DNA of 44,739 nt from a virus, in the UHGV virus genome UHGV-0135379. One strand, 5' to 3'. A program made the position numbers and the translations under genes. The notes below the pieces were generated by a model. That model saw only the letters and a list, made by a program, of their open reading frames with translations. It had not been told where the DNA came from and made no database searches. Positions 15,073-23,702 of the stretch are shown one piece after another. Position 1 is the stretch's first letter. Each line of letters starts with the position of its first letter.

Positions 15073-17321
15073 ATATTGTTTTTGCAACGCTGCGCAACAC
15101 ATTCGATAAAAACCCTGTAGCGCGTGAGATGCCGCTCGAGCAGTTTGTGGAGTATGTCTGCGATACATCGAAGCGTTTATCCGTGGATCCGTCGTGGTCT
15201 AAGGAAGAGTACGACGCTGCCAAGATTAAGCAGAAAGCTATTGCGCCTGTTGGGGGTCGCCGTAAAAACGCTATCCTGGAAGACAGTGTGGTTAAGTTCG
15301 ATTTTGACCATCTCAACCGTACTCAGTACCGCGACCTTACCCGCAAATTCAAGAACGCACCGTTCTTCAATATTCTGCATACAACGGCATCGCATCAGCA
15401 TGTGTGTAAAAACGGTGATTACGCCTTCCGCGTTCTGGTTCCGGCTCGCACGCCGTTTAACTCTAACGACGCGTGGATGGTCCAACGGGCTATTTGTGCA
15501 GAGTTAGAAATAGATGAAGCCTTGCGTGACCACTGCACGGAAGACGGCAACCGCCTTATCTATCTGCCACATAGAGAGTCAAAGATAACGGTTACAGAAG
15601 GGCGTGTTATCCGTGCCGAGCGGTACATCAAGAAAGCCGAAGAGATGGGGTTGAGTAAACGTGAAGTTAAGACACTTGCCGCCGATGAGTATGGGCTTAA
15701 CGCTGATATAGCGCATTTCTGCGAAGCCGAGCTTGGCCTTGACGCTTTATCTTCCGGGCGCGGGTACGAAGTCCCATGCCCTAACGAACATCTGCATACA
15801 GGCAAAGGCTCCACAAGCATCATGCTTGATGGTAAAGAAGTGCGCTTTGTGTGCCAGCATACAAACAACGGCGCTTGCACCGAGCTTAACCGCCGACAGC
15901 ATTTGGCCCTGCGTATGTGCGGCCTGCCAGACGAGCTTAACGTAGACAAGCAACCTATCAGTATTAACAGCATTCGTGCGGCTCTGCCTGATTTACCGGA
16001 TGAAGAGATTGAAGAACTGCACCGCACAGAGAACGAGGAGCCTGTAACTTGCACGCTGGAAGACCTTGAAGAAGAGGACGAGTTACCAGAACCGGTAAAG
16101 GCTGATTTCGTCGTTGAGGGGTACATGCCGTCGGATTGTATCTGGGATATTGTCGGGGAATCCGGCACGTACAAATCATTCTATACGCTGGGGATGATGT
16201 ACCTGAGCGCCGCCGGGTACCGGTTTGCGGGGGCTGACACCCAACGTTGCCACCATTTCTATATTGACGGCGAGGGTGGTGCAGCTACACGAACACGTAT
16301 TGATGCACTCGCGGCTAAATATGGCGAGGAAGGTAAAGATTATGTACATGTCATCGATATGGGCGAAATACTCGCTACGCATGGTGATAAAAAAATTCCA
16401 GCTCTAATCCGCAGGATGCGCGAAACCGCAGGGGATGAACCTATTGGCATGGTTGCCTTCGACACCCTTAACCAGACGCTGGCCCTGACGATTGATAAGT
16501 TCGACGAGAACAGTTCATCAACGGCAATCGGTATGGGTAAAGTTATCGCCATCCTGAAAGAAGTGCGCGATGCAACTAAAGCCGCTGTCGGTGTCGTTCA
16601 CCATACTCCGAAGGGCGGAAAGAAAGCCCGCGGCAGTGGAGCATTGTATGCGGGTGTCGACGTGGAACTGACAATCGAACGCGCTACCGACCGTCAGATA
16701 AACGTATACCACTCTAAATTTAAGCACGGTCCGCAACAGAAGACGGTTGGCATGGTACTGGAGTCTGTACAGTTCCGTGAAGCACCGCCGCCGAAAGAGT
16801 ACCGCGCGGTTGAGTTCCTCGGTAGCACAGAGGAATACGGCACAATAGTAAACCTCGACCTGCCTGAGCCGCACAAGGCGCTTGTATTGATGCCGTGGGG
16901 CTTCGAGCCATTCAAGACCGACGAGGAGAAAGAGAGGGAAGAAGGGTTAACTAACGAAGGTAAACAAAATGTACGTAAAACCATAGAGAACGCCGTCAAC
17001 AGTTCCGAGGCCACGATACTCGCGGCGTTTGAACTGGCGGAGGGGACCTACAACGGCAACGAGGGCATCACGGTATCCGCAGCGAATAAGCTCGCGCAGT
17101 CTGACCCCAACGCAAAGGCGTTTAACTCCAAAGAAGCCATAGAACGCGGGAAGATTAAGAAAATGGTTGAGGCTGGGTATCTTGTTCCGGGTACTGACGA
17201 AAACAATCAGATAATCCCAGGCCGTTACAGACTGAACACCATGATAACAGATAACAAGATTCCGAAGACAATATACGAGCCGAATGAAATGCTGACAGTG
17301 ACCGAGGAGGATTTGGAATGA
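15069..17321 (+). CDS. DNA primase-polymerase (AEP-type) fused to a RecA/DnaB-like replicative helicase
   Basis: N-terminal DxD and sxH motifs (FDFDHL, ILHTTASH) plus Cys/His zinc cluster; C-terminal Walker A (GESGTYKS) and Walker B (VAFDTL). Confidence 0.8.
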   Translation: MNIVFATLRNTFDKNPVAREMPLEQFVEYVCDTSKRLSVDPSWSKEEYDAAKIKQKAIAPVGGRRKNAILEDSVVKFDFDHLNRTQYRDLTRKFKNAPFFNILHTTASHQHVCKNGDYAFRVLVPARTPFNSNDAWMVQRAICAELEIDEALRDHCTEDGNRLIYLPHRESKITVTEGRVIRAERYIKKAEEMGLSKREVKTLAADEYGLNADIAHFCEAELGLDALSSGRGYEVPCPNEHLHTGKGSTSIMLDGKEVRFVCQHTNNGACTELNRRQHLALRMCGLPDELNVDKQPISINSIRAALPDLPDEEIEELHRTENEEPVTCTLEDLEEEDELPEPVKADFVVEGYMPSDCIWDIVGESGTYKSFYTLGMMYLSAAGYRFAGADTQRCHHFYIDGEGGAATRTRIDALAAKYGEEGKDYVHVIDMGEILATHGDKKIPALIRRMRETAGDEPIGMVAFDTLNQTLALTIDKFDENSSSTAIGMGKVIAILKEVRDATKAAVGVVHHTPKGGKKARGSGALYAGVDVELTIERATDRQINVYHSKFKHGPQQKTVGMVLESVQFREAPPPKEYRAVEFLGSTEEYGTIVNLDLPEPHKALVLMPWGFEPFKTDEEKEREEGLTNEGKQNVRKTIENAVNSSEATILAAFELAEGTYNGNEGITVSAANKLAQSDPNAKAFNSKEAIERGKIKKMVEAGYLVPGTDENNQIIPGRYRLNTMITDNKIPKTIYEPNEMLTVTEEDLE

Positions 17322-17632
17322 ATATTTACGATTTTATAGATAACCCGTTTAAAGCAGTGAAGGCAGGATACCGCCCGTCATACCTGACATGTGTTTCCGC
17401 TGTAAGCAACAACTGGTGGACTTTTTGTGTGTATGCAGCGGGGATTTTTGCGGAGTTTAAAGACATTTTAGACATGACGCTGGCAGAGATTATAAAGTGC
17501 CTTTTCAAATTAATTATATCGATAACTATTGTTATAAGTTTTCCTGTAAGTGCGTGGTTTCTCGCCTGGATTCAGTACCTGAACGTGCAACACACTATTA
17601 AGAATTTGGAAGAACTCGATAAGTTGCTATAA
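17318..17632 (+). CDS. AT-rich membrane protein of unknown function (104 aa)
   Basis: ATG overlapping upstream stop; hydrophobic helices; markedly lower GC than flanks. Confidence 0.55.
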   Translation: MNIYDFIDNPFKAVKAGYRPSYLTCVSAVSNNWWTFCVYAAGIFAEFKDILDMTLAEIIKCLFKLIISITIVISFPVSAWFLAWIQYLNVQHTIKNLEELDKLL

Positions 17633-17656
17633 AAAGAAAGGGGCTTTAAGCCCCTT
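17630..17656 (-). terminator. Terminator hairpin overlapping the end of the Cro-like regulator gene
   Basis: Stem AGGGGCTT/AAGCCCCT followed by TCTTTTT on the minus strand; no T-run on the plus strand. Confidence 0.5.
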
Positions 17657-17861
17657 CACCTAACGCCAGCCACTTGGCGTCTACTTCCAGAACTTCCGCC
17701 AGTTTGAACAGCGTTGCCGGGCGGACGTCCTGAGTTACTCCAAGTGCCAGTTGGTTAATCGCGCCCTGGGAAACGCCGGTCAGGGCCGCCAAACGGCGCT
17801 GGGAGATGCCGAGTTCTTTACGGCGTTGTTCTACACGGATACCTAGTTCAGATGGTTGCAT
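17646..17861 (-). CDS. XRE-family HTH regulator (Cro/CI-like, 71 aa)
   Basis: Motif QRRLAALTGVSQGAINQL; transcribed divergently from the rightward genes across an operator-bearing promoter region. Confidence 0.8.
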   Translation of the reverse strand: MQPSELGIRVEQRRKELGISQRRLAALTGVSQGAINQLALGVTQDVRPATLFKLAEVLEVDAKWLALGEGA

Positions 17862-17891
17862 GTCAATTACTCCTTAGTCAGTTGATATGTG

Positions 17892-17905
17892 AATAGTACC
17901 ATATT
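17892..17905. promoter_or_regulatory. Degenerate operator copy (AATAG-TACC-ATATT) next to the start of the Cro-like regulator gene
   Basis: One intact half-site; lies 30 nt from the regulator ATG at 17861 and 30 nt from the operator at 17936-17949. Confidence 0.4.
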
Positions 17906-17925
17906 AATTATTTTAGAAAAGCCCA

Positions 17926-17954
17926 TTGACATGTGAATAGTTCGCTATTATAGT
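17926..17954 (+). promoter_or_regulatory. Strong rightward promoter TTGACA-N17-TATAGT with AATAG-TTCG-CTATT operator in the spacer
   Basis: Consensus -35, 17-bp spacer, 5/6 -10; divergent to the regulator gene; RBS and ATG 17983 downstream. Confidence 0.7.
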
Positions 17955-17982
17955 TAGCCCATACCAAACGAGAGGGGCGGAT

Positions 17983-18210
17983 ATGAACACAATAACGGGA
18001 GCCATAGCTAAAGGTTTTCTAGCAATTTTCGGAGAATCGCAGGAAGTGTGCACAAAACATAAATTTGTACTTTCTTGCGTAGTCGGGGACGAGTTTGATG
18101 GGTTCGATAAACTTGTTGTCTGCGACCATTGCGGGCAAGAAGCTATACAACACTCAAACGGTAAATTTGAATTAATAGACGATAGCCTTACAGAAGGCGA
18201 CGGCGAGTAA
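17983..18210 (+). CDS. Cys-rich small protein (75 aa), first gene after the strong rightward promoter
   Basis: ATG with GAGAGGGG RBS; C..C...C..H..C spacing suggests a zinc-binding fold. Confidence 0.55.
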   Translation: MNTITGAIAKGFLAIFGESQEVCTKHKFVLSCVVGDEFDGFDKLVVCDHCGQEAIQHSNGKFELIDDSLTEGDGE

Positions 18211-18234
18211 CCCAAATAAACAGGAGAATAAATA

Positions 18235-18759
18235 ATGTTAGAGAAATTCTTAGTATTACTGGAACGTTTCGTAGTTGCGCACGAACTGATTGCCGCGAAC
18301 AGTGCACGCCGTACTGAACTGCCGAAGGCTATCACTGCGCAATATGGTAAAGACGTCGACAGTGGTGTTGCAGAAACTGCAACAATCACGCCTACTGTTG
18401 TAAAAGAAGAAACAAAAGAAATCCCGGTTGAAGGTGAAGACGTAGTTGACACCAAACCGGCAGAAGAAGAAGAAGAGAAGCCTAAACGCAAGCCGCGTAA
18501 AGCTAAAGTCGAGGAACCTACGCCAGAGCCGGAAGAAGAGAAAGAAGAAGTCGATTACAAGTCTCTGCGTGACCAGATTCAGGCCATCGACGATGCAATT
18601 AATGAAGGTCCTAGCGATGCCGCGTGCGATGATTCTGATGAACTGCTGGAAGAGTTCACAGGTAAGAAGATGAAGATTGCCGCGATTAAAGACGAAGACC
18701 TGGTTGAGTACCTGGAACGCCTGACAGCAATCAAGAACAAGTATTTCGAAGAAGAATAA
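18235..18759 (+). CDS. Highly acidic early protein (174 aa)
   Basis: ATG with AGGAGA RBS; long Glu/Asp-rich segments. Confidence 0.6.
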   Translation: MLEKFLVLLERFVVAHELIAANSARRTELPKAITAQYGKDVDSGVAETATITPTVVKEETKEIPVEGEDVVDTKPAEEEEEKPKRKPRKAKVEEPTPEPEEEKEEVDYKSLRDQIQAIDDAINEGPSDAACDDSDELLEEFTGKKMKIAAIKDEDLVEYLERLTAIKNKYFEEE

Positions 18760-18802
18760 CTATCTCGCGGCCTTCGGGCCGCTTTAACTGAGGGTCGGAA
18801 TT

Positions 18803-19075
18803 ATGATTTACCAACTCTACCGAGCCGTCGACAGGCGGGATAACACAGAGGCGCTATGGCTATTGCGTGCTCCGTCCGGTGCGCACCAGATGGAAGAGAT
18901 GGCGTACTTAGGAAAAGTACCACGGCCTAAAGATATAGGCCGTCACGTGTCACAGATTAAGCGCACAACTTTCGCCAAGCCTGACTTTTATGTCTTCGAG
19001 TCGATGTATGGGTGGGCTATGCACTGCGAACATAAGACCCGGCATTTAATTGACCAGTGGGAGGTAAGGGTATGA
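18803..19075 (+). CDS. Hypothetical protein (90 aa)
   Basis: ATG with GAGGG RBS. Confidence 0.5.
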   Translation: MIYQLYRAVDRRDNTEALWLLRAPSGAHQMEEMAYLGKVPRPKDIGRHVSQIKRTTFAKPDFYVFESMYGWAMHCEHKTRHLIDQWEVRV

Positions 19076-19230
19076 CGAACCGTAAAGCGCGACTTCTATT
19101 TGTTAGACGTCACCTGCCTTTTCGAGTGAGTAACTCAACTTGGCTGGTCATCTTCAACCGTAGTGGCGACACGTGCGCCTACAAACGAAAAACGCGTAAA
19201 GCTAAATGGGGCGGGAGTTTAAGAGCATGA
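19072..19230 (+). CDS. Hypothetical basic protein (52 aa)
   Basis: ATG with GGAGGT RBS; coupled at both ends by ATGA overlaps. Confidence 0.4.
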   Translation: MTNRKARLLFVRRHLPFRVSNSTWLVIFNRSGDTCAYKRKTRKAKWGGSLRA

Positions 19231-20492
19231 AACTAAAAGAACGCAGCGGCAACAACGACGTGCACGCCTTACTGTCGCCGTCAGGCGCTAAGAAATGGCT
19301 TAGTTGCGCGGCATCACTGGCCTGTGAGAAGGATATCCCTAACACGTCAGGAAAAGCCGCGGTATTAGGCACAGCAATGCACACCATCGCAGAGATGCAC
19401 CTCAACCAGTACATCAAAGGCACTGCGCTGCCGTTAGAACGTGAAGTCGGTGCTTATGTGCTGGATGAGGGCAAAGGCCAGATTAAGGCGCTAATCAGTC
19501 CGATGAAAGGCGCGGTGCTGATTACGGCTGACATGATTGAGCAAGTGCGCAAGTACACAGACTACTGCAAAGCGATTATAGACGTCGCGACTTACGCCAA
19601 GCTGGAAATGCGCGTCAACCTTACTGAGGTATTGCATCCTGGCTACATTCATAGCCCTAACGGACGGCAAGAAGAAATACAAACCTTCGGAACCGCGGAC
19701 CTTGTTGCCGTACAGGAACTGGCTAACACTGACGAGCACATGCTTATCATTGGCGACCTGAAAACCGGGCGGCATCGTGTCGAAGCGAAAGAAAACAAGC
19801 AGCTTATGCTTTACGCTCTCGGTGTTTATCGCCGGCTCAAGAGACGTTATAACATAACAACGGTTCGTCTGGTAATCTTCCAGCCGTATGCCGGAGGTGC
19901 GTCGGAGTGGGATATCTCGGTTGAAGGTATGGAACTGTTCGCTAAGTTCGCACAGAAACGCGCGCTGTTAGCCCTTGATGCTTATTCCCGTGGCAAGAAG
20001 AACCTTAAAGCGTCGGACTTCAAGCCGTCGGTAGATGGTTGTCAGTGGTGTCGTTTCTCGGAACAGTGCGCAGCTCGTACAAAAACCGTTAACGCGGTAC
20101 TGGCGGAAGAACTTGAGGACGACTGTGCGCTGGAACTTACGCCAGAGCAACTCGTCGCTGAGTATGAGAAGCTGCCGTTGTTGCGCCAGCACATCGACAA
20201 GGTTGAGAAAGCGATGGCTGCTGCTTTGCATTCAGGTAAGAAAGTGCCAGGATACAAACTGGTTGAAGGTCGCCCCGGTAATCGTGCGTGGAAAGATACC
20301 GACGCAGTATTCGAGAAGTACGGTACTATGCTGCAAAAGGTAGTTCTTATGACACCGACCGAAGCGGTTAAAATTGTACCGGAAGAAGAACTGAAAGACT
20401 TCATTACCCGTAAGCCCGGTGCGCCATGCGTCGCAACGGCGGATGACAAACGTCCTGAGTGGAATCAAGTTACAGAGGAGGATTTAGAATGA
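19227..20492 (+). CDS. PD-(D/E)XK family exonuclease with C-terminal Cys cluster (RecB/Cas4-like)
   Basis: Motifs IGDLKTG and QLMLYA, Cys cluster CQWCRFSEQC; ATG at 19227 with GGGAG RBS (track ORF starts at 19206). Confidence 0.7.
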   Translation: MKLKERSGNNDVHALLSPSGAKKWLSCAASLACEKDIPNTSGKAAVLGTAMHTIAEMHLNQYIKGTALPLEREVGAYVLDEGKGQIKALISPMKGAVLITADMIEQVRKYTDYCKAIIDVATYAKLEMRVNLTEVLHPGYIHSPNGRQEEIQTFGTADLVAVQELANTDEHMLIIGDLKTGRHRVEAKENKQLMLYALGVYRRLKRRYNITTVRLVIFQPYAGGASEWDISVEGMELFAKFAQKRALLALDAYSRGKKNLKASDFKPSVDGCQWCRFSEQCAARTKTVNAVLAEELEDDCALELTPEQLVAEYEKLPLLRQHIDKVEKAMAAALHSGKKVPGYKLVEGRPGNRAWKDTDAVFEKYGTMLQKVVLMTPTEAVKIVPEEELKDFITRKPGAPCVATADDKRPEWNQVTEEDLE

Positions 20493-20692
20493 TTCAAGTA
20501 AATGAAATGCCGACTGATAAAGATTTTTTGATGGTATGGCGCTGGGATGGGTATCTACACTCGGAATCGTTCACGTTCTTGAACGGTACCATGATGCGAT
20601 ACGACCCTGTAGAGGATGAGTTCGAACCGGCCAATATGCTTAATTTCGAGAACATAATCCCTATTGCAAAATTTTATTTGACACATGAATAG
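20489..20692 (+). CDS. Hypothetical protein (67 aa)
   Basis: ATG overlapping exonuclease stop, GAGGAGGA RBS embedded in the exonuclease C-terminal codons. Confidence 0.5.
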   Translation: MIQVNEMPTDKDFLMVWRWDGYLHSESFTFLNGTMMRYDPVEDEFEPANMLNFENIIPIAKFYLTHE

Positions 20693-20706
20693 TTAGCTAT
20701 TATAGT
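20678..20706 (+). promoter_or_regulatory. Promoter TTGACA-N17-TATAGT with AATAG-TTAG-CTATT operator; upstream of SSB-like and DNA polymerase genes
   Basis: Near-identical architecture to 17926-17954; overlaps the stop of gene 20489-20692. Confidence 0.65.
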
Positions 20707-20764
20707 TCTAATCACTGGCCGGGCAGATCCCGGAGTAAACTGAAACTGAAAAGCGAGAAATCAA

Positions 20765-21394
20765 ATGGGACTGAAATTAAATCTGCGTAAAGTAAACACT
20801 GCCTGGGTTAACGTATTCGAACGCGAAAAAGACCGTGAAAACGACGATGGCTCAATCACTAAAGGTCAGTACAGCGCTACTATTATCCTGCCGTCCGACC
20901 ACGCGCAAATCGACGCGCTCTACGACACCGTTTACGCGGTAGTCGAAGAAGCGTTAGGCGCCGCCGCTGCCGAGAAATGGATGAAGTCCAACTACGGCGA
21001 AGGTAAGCACATGGATAAATGTGCGATTAAAGACATTGCCGAGCGCGACAATCCGTTCGAAGACTTCCCGGAAGGCTTCTACTTCAAAGCGAAGGCACAG
21101 AAACAGCCACTGATTGTAACCTCTAAAAAAGGTGAGACTCAGGTAGAGCAGGACTTCAATGTAGACGGCGAACAGATTGAAGGTGAACAGGTTTACAGTG
21201 GCTGCGTTGCTAACGTAAGCGTAGAAATCTGGTTCAGTCAGAAATACAAAGTTCTCGGTGTTAACCTGTTGGCAATTAAGTACGTTGGAGAAGGTAAAGC
21301 GTTCGGCGGTTCTAAAGTCGCCGCGAGCGTCAATGACCTGGAAGACGACGAAGAGGATGAAGCACCACGCCGCGAACGTCGTCGCCGTGGTTAA
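20765..21394 (+). CDS. Putative ssDNA-binding protein (T7 gp2.5-like)
   Basis: Similar size and acidic C-terminal region (DLEDDEEDEA); sits just upstream of DNA polymerase; terminator follows. Confidence 0.5.
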   Translation: MGLKLNLRKVNTAWVNVFEREKDRENDDGSITKGQYSATIILPSDHAQIDALYDTVYAVVEEALGAAAAEKWMKSNYGEGKHMDKCAIKDIAERDNPFEDFPEGFYFKAKAQKQPLIVTSKKGETQVEQDFNVDGEQIEGEQVYSGCVANVSVEIWFSQKYKVLGVNLLAIKYVGEGKAFGGSKVAASVNDLEDDEEDEAPRRERRRRG

Positions 21395-21413
21395 TATCTG
21401 AATCTGTTTAACT

Positions 21414-21437
21414 AAGGCCCTTCATTGGGCCTTTTTA
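21414..21437 (+). terminator. Rho-independent terminator after the SSB-like gene
   Basis: Hairpin AAGGCCC-TTCATT-GGGCCTT followed by TTTTT. Confidence 0.6.
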
Positions 21438-21453
21438 CTAAGGGTCGAAAATA

Positions 21454-23625
21454 ATGAGTTACCTGTTCTTAGACTTTGAAACATTCTCCGAAGCCGATTT
21501 AAAGAAAGTCGGCTCCTACGCTTACGCCGAACACCCGTCAACCGAAGTGCTAATCTGCACATATGCCTTTGATGACGAGCCTGTACAGGTATGGGATTGC
21601 ACCGACGGCAGCGACATGCCGGGAGATTTGCACCGCGCCTTGCGCCGCCTGGTTAAGCCAAACAGCCGCACCAAGATGGTGTGGCACAACGGCTCAATGT
21701 TCGATAGGCTCATCATGAAGCACTGCTGGGGTTTTGATATTCCCGTAAGCAACACCATTGATACGATGATTTGGGCGTTTCGTCACGCGCTGCCAGGTTC
21801 ACTGGATGCCTTGTGCGAAGTGTTGGGCGTATCCGCCGACAACGCGAAAGATAAACGCGGCAAGGCGCTGATTCAGCGTTTCTCTAAACCGACACCGAAG
21901 AACTACAAAATCAGACGCTATACCGCAGAAACACACCCGGACGAGTGGGCGCTGTTCATCAAGTACGCCGTGAGCGACATCACCGCGATGCGTGAAGTCT
22001 TCCATAAGCTGCCACGTTGGGGTAACTCCGAGTTCGAAGACCGTGTACTGGAACTTGACCAGTTAATAAATGACCGCGGGTTTAAGGTTGACGTTGCACT
22101 GGCAGAAGCCGCGATTGAAGCCGTGGAGAAGCACAAGGCGCAGTTACAGGAAGAAGCCCAACGAAAATACGGTGGCTCTCTTACTGGTAAGGACTTCCTG
22201 CCGATTCTGCGTGAACTTGCGCCAGCGCACCGTATCCACAACGCGCAGAAGTCAACGCTTAACGACCTGCTGGCGGATGAGGATTTACCCGACGACGCCC
22301 GCACAATTATAGAAATGCGCCTCGGGGCCGCGTCCACTGCGTCAACGAAATATAACCCGCTGCTGTTGGGTCGCTCGTCGGACGACCGCCGCCGTGGTTG
22401 CATCCAGTACGGTGGGGCCAAGCGTACGTTACGGTTCGCAGGTAAAGGCTTCCAACCACAGAACCTGGCGCGCGGGTACTATCACGATGATGAACTGGAT
22501 AAGGGCATTTCAGCGCTACTTAAGGGTCGTGCGCATCGCCGTTTCGACGTAGCCAAGCTAACGGCGTCGACGGTTCGTAGCTGTATTATCCCGGAAGCAG
22601 GGCATAAGTTTGTCGTAGCCGATTACTCTAACGTTGAAGGCCGTGGTTTGGCGTGGCTGGCTGGCGAAGACGATTTAATAGAAGTATTTGTAAACGGGGT
22701 TGATGTGTATAAGAAACTCGCATCAACCGTGTTCAACGTTAGTTATGACGACGTAACAAAGGACCAAAGACAAATAGCCAAAGCAATGGTTCTCGGACTG
22801 GGTTACGCGGGGGGTGTAGGGGCTTTCGTCACGTTTGCTAAAAACTTAGGGCTTGATTTGAACGATATGGCCCGTACTTTAGACGGGACTTTCCCTGACC
22901 ATATCTGGGCCGCTACCGCACGAGGATATGAATGGGCGCGTATTCAGGAAGCCAAGCGACCGCCACGTCCTGGTGAAAAAGATGACCGACCATCATATAT
23001 TCTTGATAAGAAAGTTTGGCGCACCTGTGACGCTTTAAAGCGCATGTACCGGGAAGCTAACCCAGCAATAGTCCAATTCTGGCGCGATATTGAAGATGCA
23101 GCTATGGCGGCTATCCGCAATCCGGGTAAAGAGTTCACCGCAGGGCCGCGCGGGGTTAAGTTTTCGCGTAACGTAGAGACAGATAACAACGGCAACAAAG
23201 TCGCTGGTTGGTGGTTGCGTATGACGCTGCCGTCGGGTCGTGTTATGTCTTATCCAGGCGTCGGGTTAAGCGTATCAAAAGAGACAGACGAAGACGGGAA
23301 GGTGTCTACTAACGTGCGCATCAAGTACCAGGGCGAAAATCAGCTAACCCGACAGTGGGGGTTCCAGTACACATATTCCGGTAAACTCGTGGAAAACTGT
23401 ACGCAGGCGCTGTGCCGTGATTTGCTGGCTAATGCACTGCTGAACGTAGAAGCAAACGGCTACCCTATTGTACTTCATGTACACGATGAACTGGTATGTG
23501 AAACTCCAGATACGCCGGAATACAACGTAGCTGAACTGGAGAAATTAATGTGTGCGTTGCCAGAGTGGGCAGAGGGCTTCCCTCTTGTAGCAGAAGGTAG
23601 CGAAATGTACAGATACGCCAAGTAG
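21454..23625 (+). CDS. Family A DNA polymerase with 3'-5' exonuclease domain
   Basis: Exo I motif FLDFETFS; polymerase motif B (K...YG) and motif C (VHDE). Confidence 0.9.
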   Translation: MSYLFLDFETFSEADLKKVGSYAYAEHPSTEVLICTYAFDDEPVQVWDCTDGSDMPGDLHRALRRLVKPNSRTKMVWHNGSMFDRLIMKHCWGFDIPVSNTIDTMIWAFRHALPGSLDALCEVLGVSADNAKDKRGKALIQRFSKPTPKNYKIRRYTAETHPDEWALFIKYAVSDITAMREVFHKLPRWGNSEFEDRVLELDQLINDRGFKVDVALAEAAIEAVEKHKAQLQEEAQRKYGGSLTGKDFLPILRELAPAHRIHNAQKSTLNDLLADEDLPDDARTIIEMRLGAASTASTKYNPLLLGRSSDDRRRGCIQYGGAKRTLRFAGKGFQPQNLARGYYHDDELDKGISALLKGRAHRRFDVAKLTASTVRSCIIPEAGHKFVVADYSNVEGRGLAWLAGEDDLIEVFVNGVDVYKKLASTVFNVSYDDVTKDQRQIAKAMVLGLGYAGGVGAFVTFAKNLGLDLNDMARTLDGTFPDHIWAATARGYEWARIQEAKRPPRPGEKDDRPSYILDKKVWRTCDALKRMYREANPAIVQFWRDIEDAAMAAIRNPGKEFTAGPRGVKFSRNVETDNNGNKVAGWWLRMTLPSGRVMSYPGVGLSVSKETDEDGKVSTNVRIKYQGENQLTRQWGFQYTYSGKLVENCTQALCRDLLANALLNVEANGYPIVLHVHDELVCETPDTPEYNVAELEKLMCALPEWAEGFPLVAEGSEMYRYAK

Positions 23626-23659
23626 TAGATTTAGGAAATACGTTGTAGAAAATGTAAAT

Positions 23660-23692
23660 ACCGATATAGTGGCTATGTCGGTATTTTTTTTT
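23660..23692 (+). terminator. Rho-independent terminator after the DNA polymerase gene
   Basis: About 10-bp stem followed by a T9 run. Confidence 0.65.
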
Positions 23693-23702
23693 GGAGTTAT
23701 TA

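Noticed and set aside
15560-16174. 204-aa minus-strand ORF inside the primase-helicase gene
   Set aside because: Ser-rich low-complexity translation of the antisense strand of a strongly supported gene.
17913-18491. 192-aa minus-strand ORF overlapping the early promoter region and early genes
   Set aside because: Ser/Thr-rich antisense artefact; would run across the divergent promoter region.
21918-22421. 167-aa minus-strand ORF inside the DNA polymerase gene
   Set aside because: Antisense to conserved polymerase sequence; Ser/Arg-rich composition.
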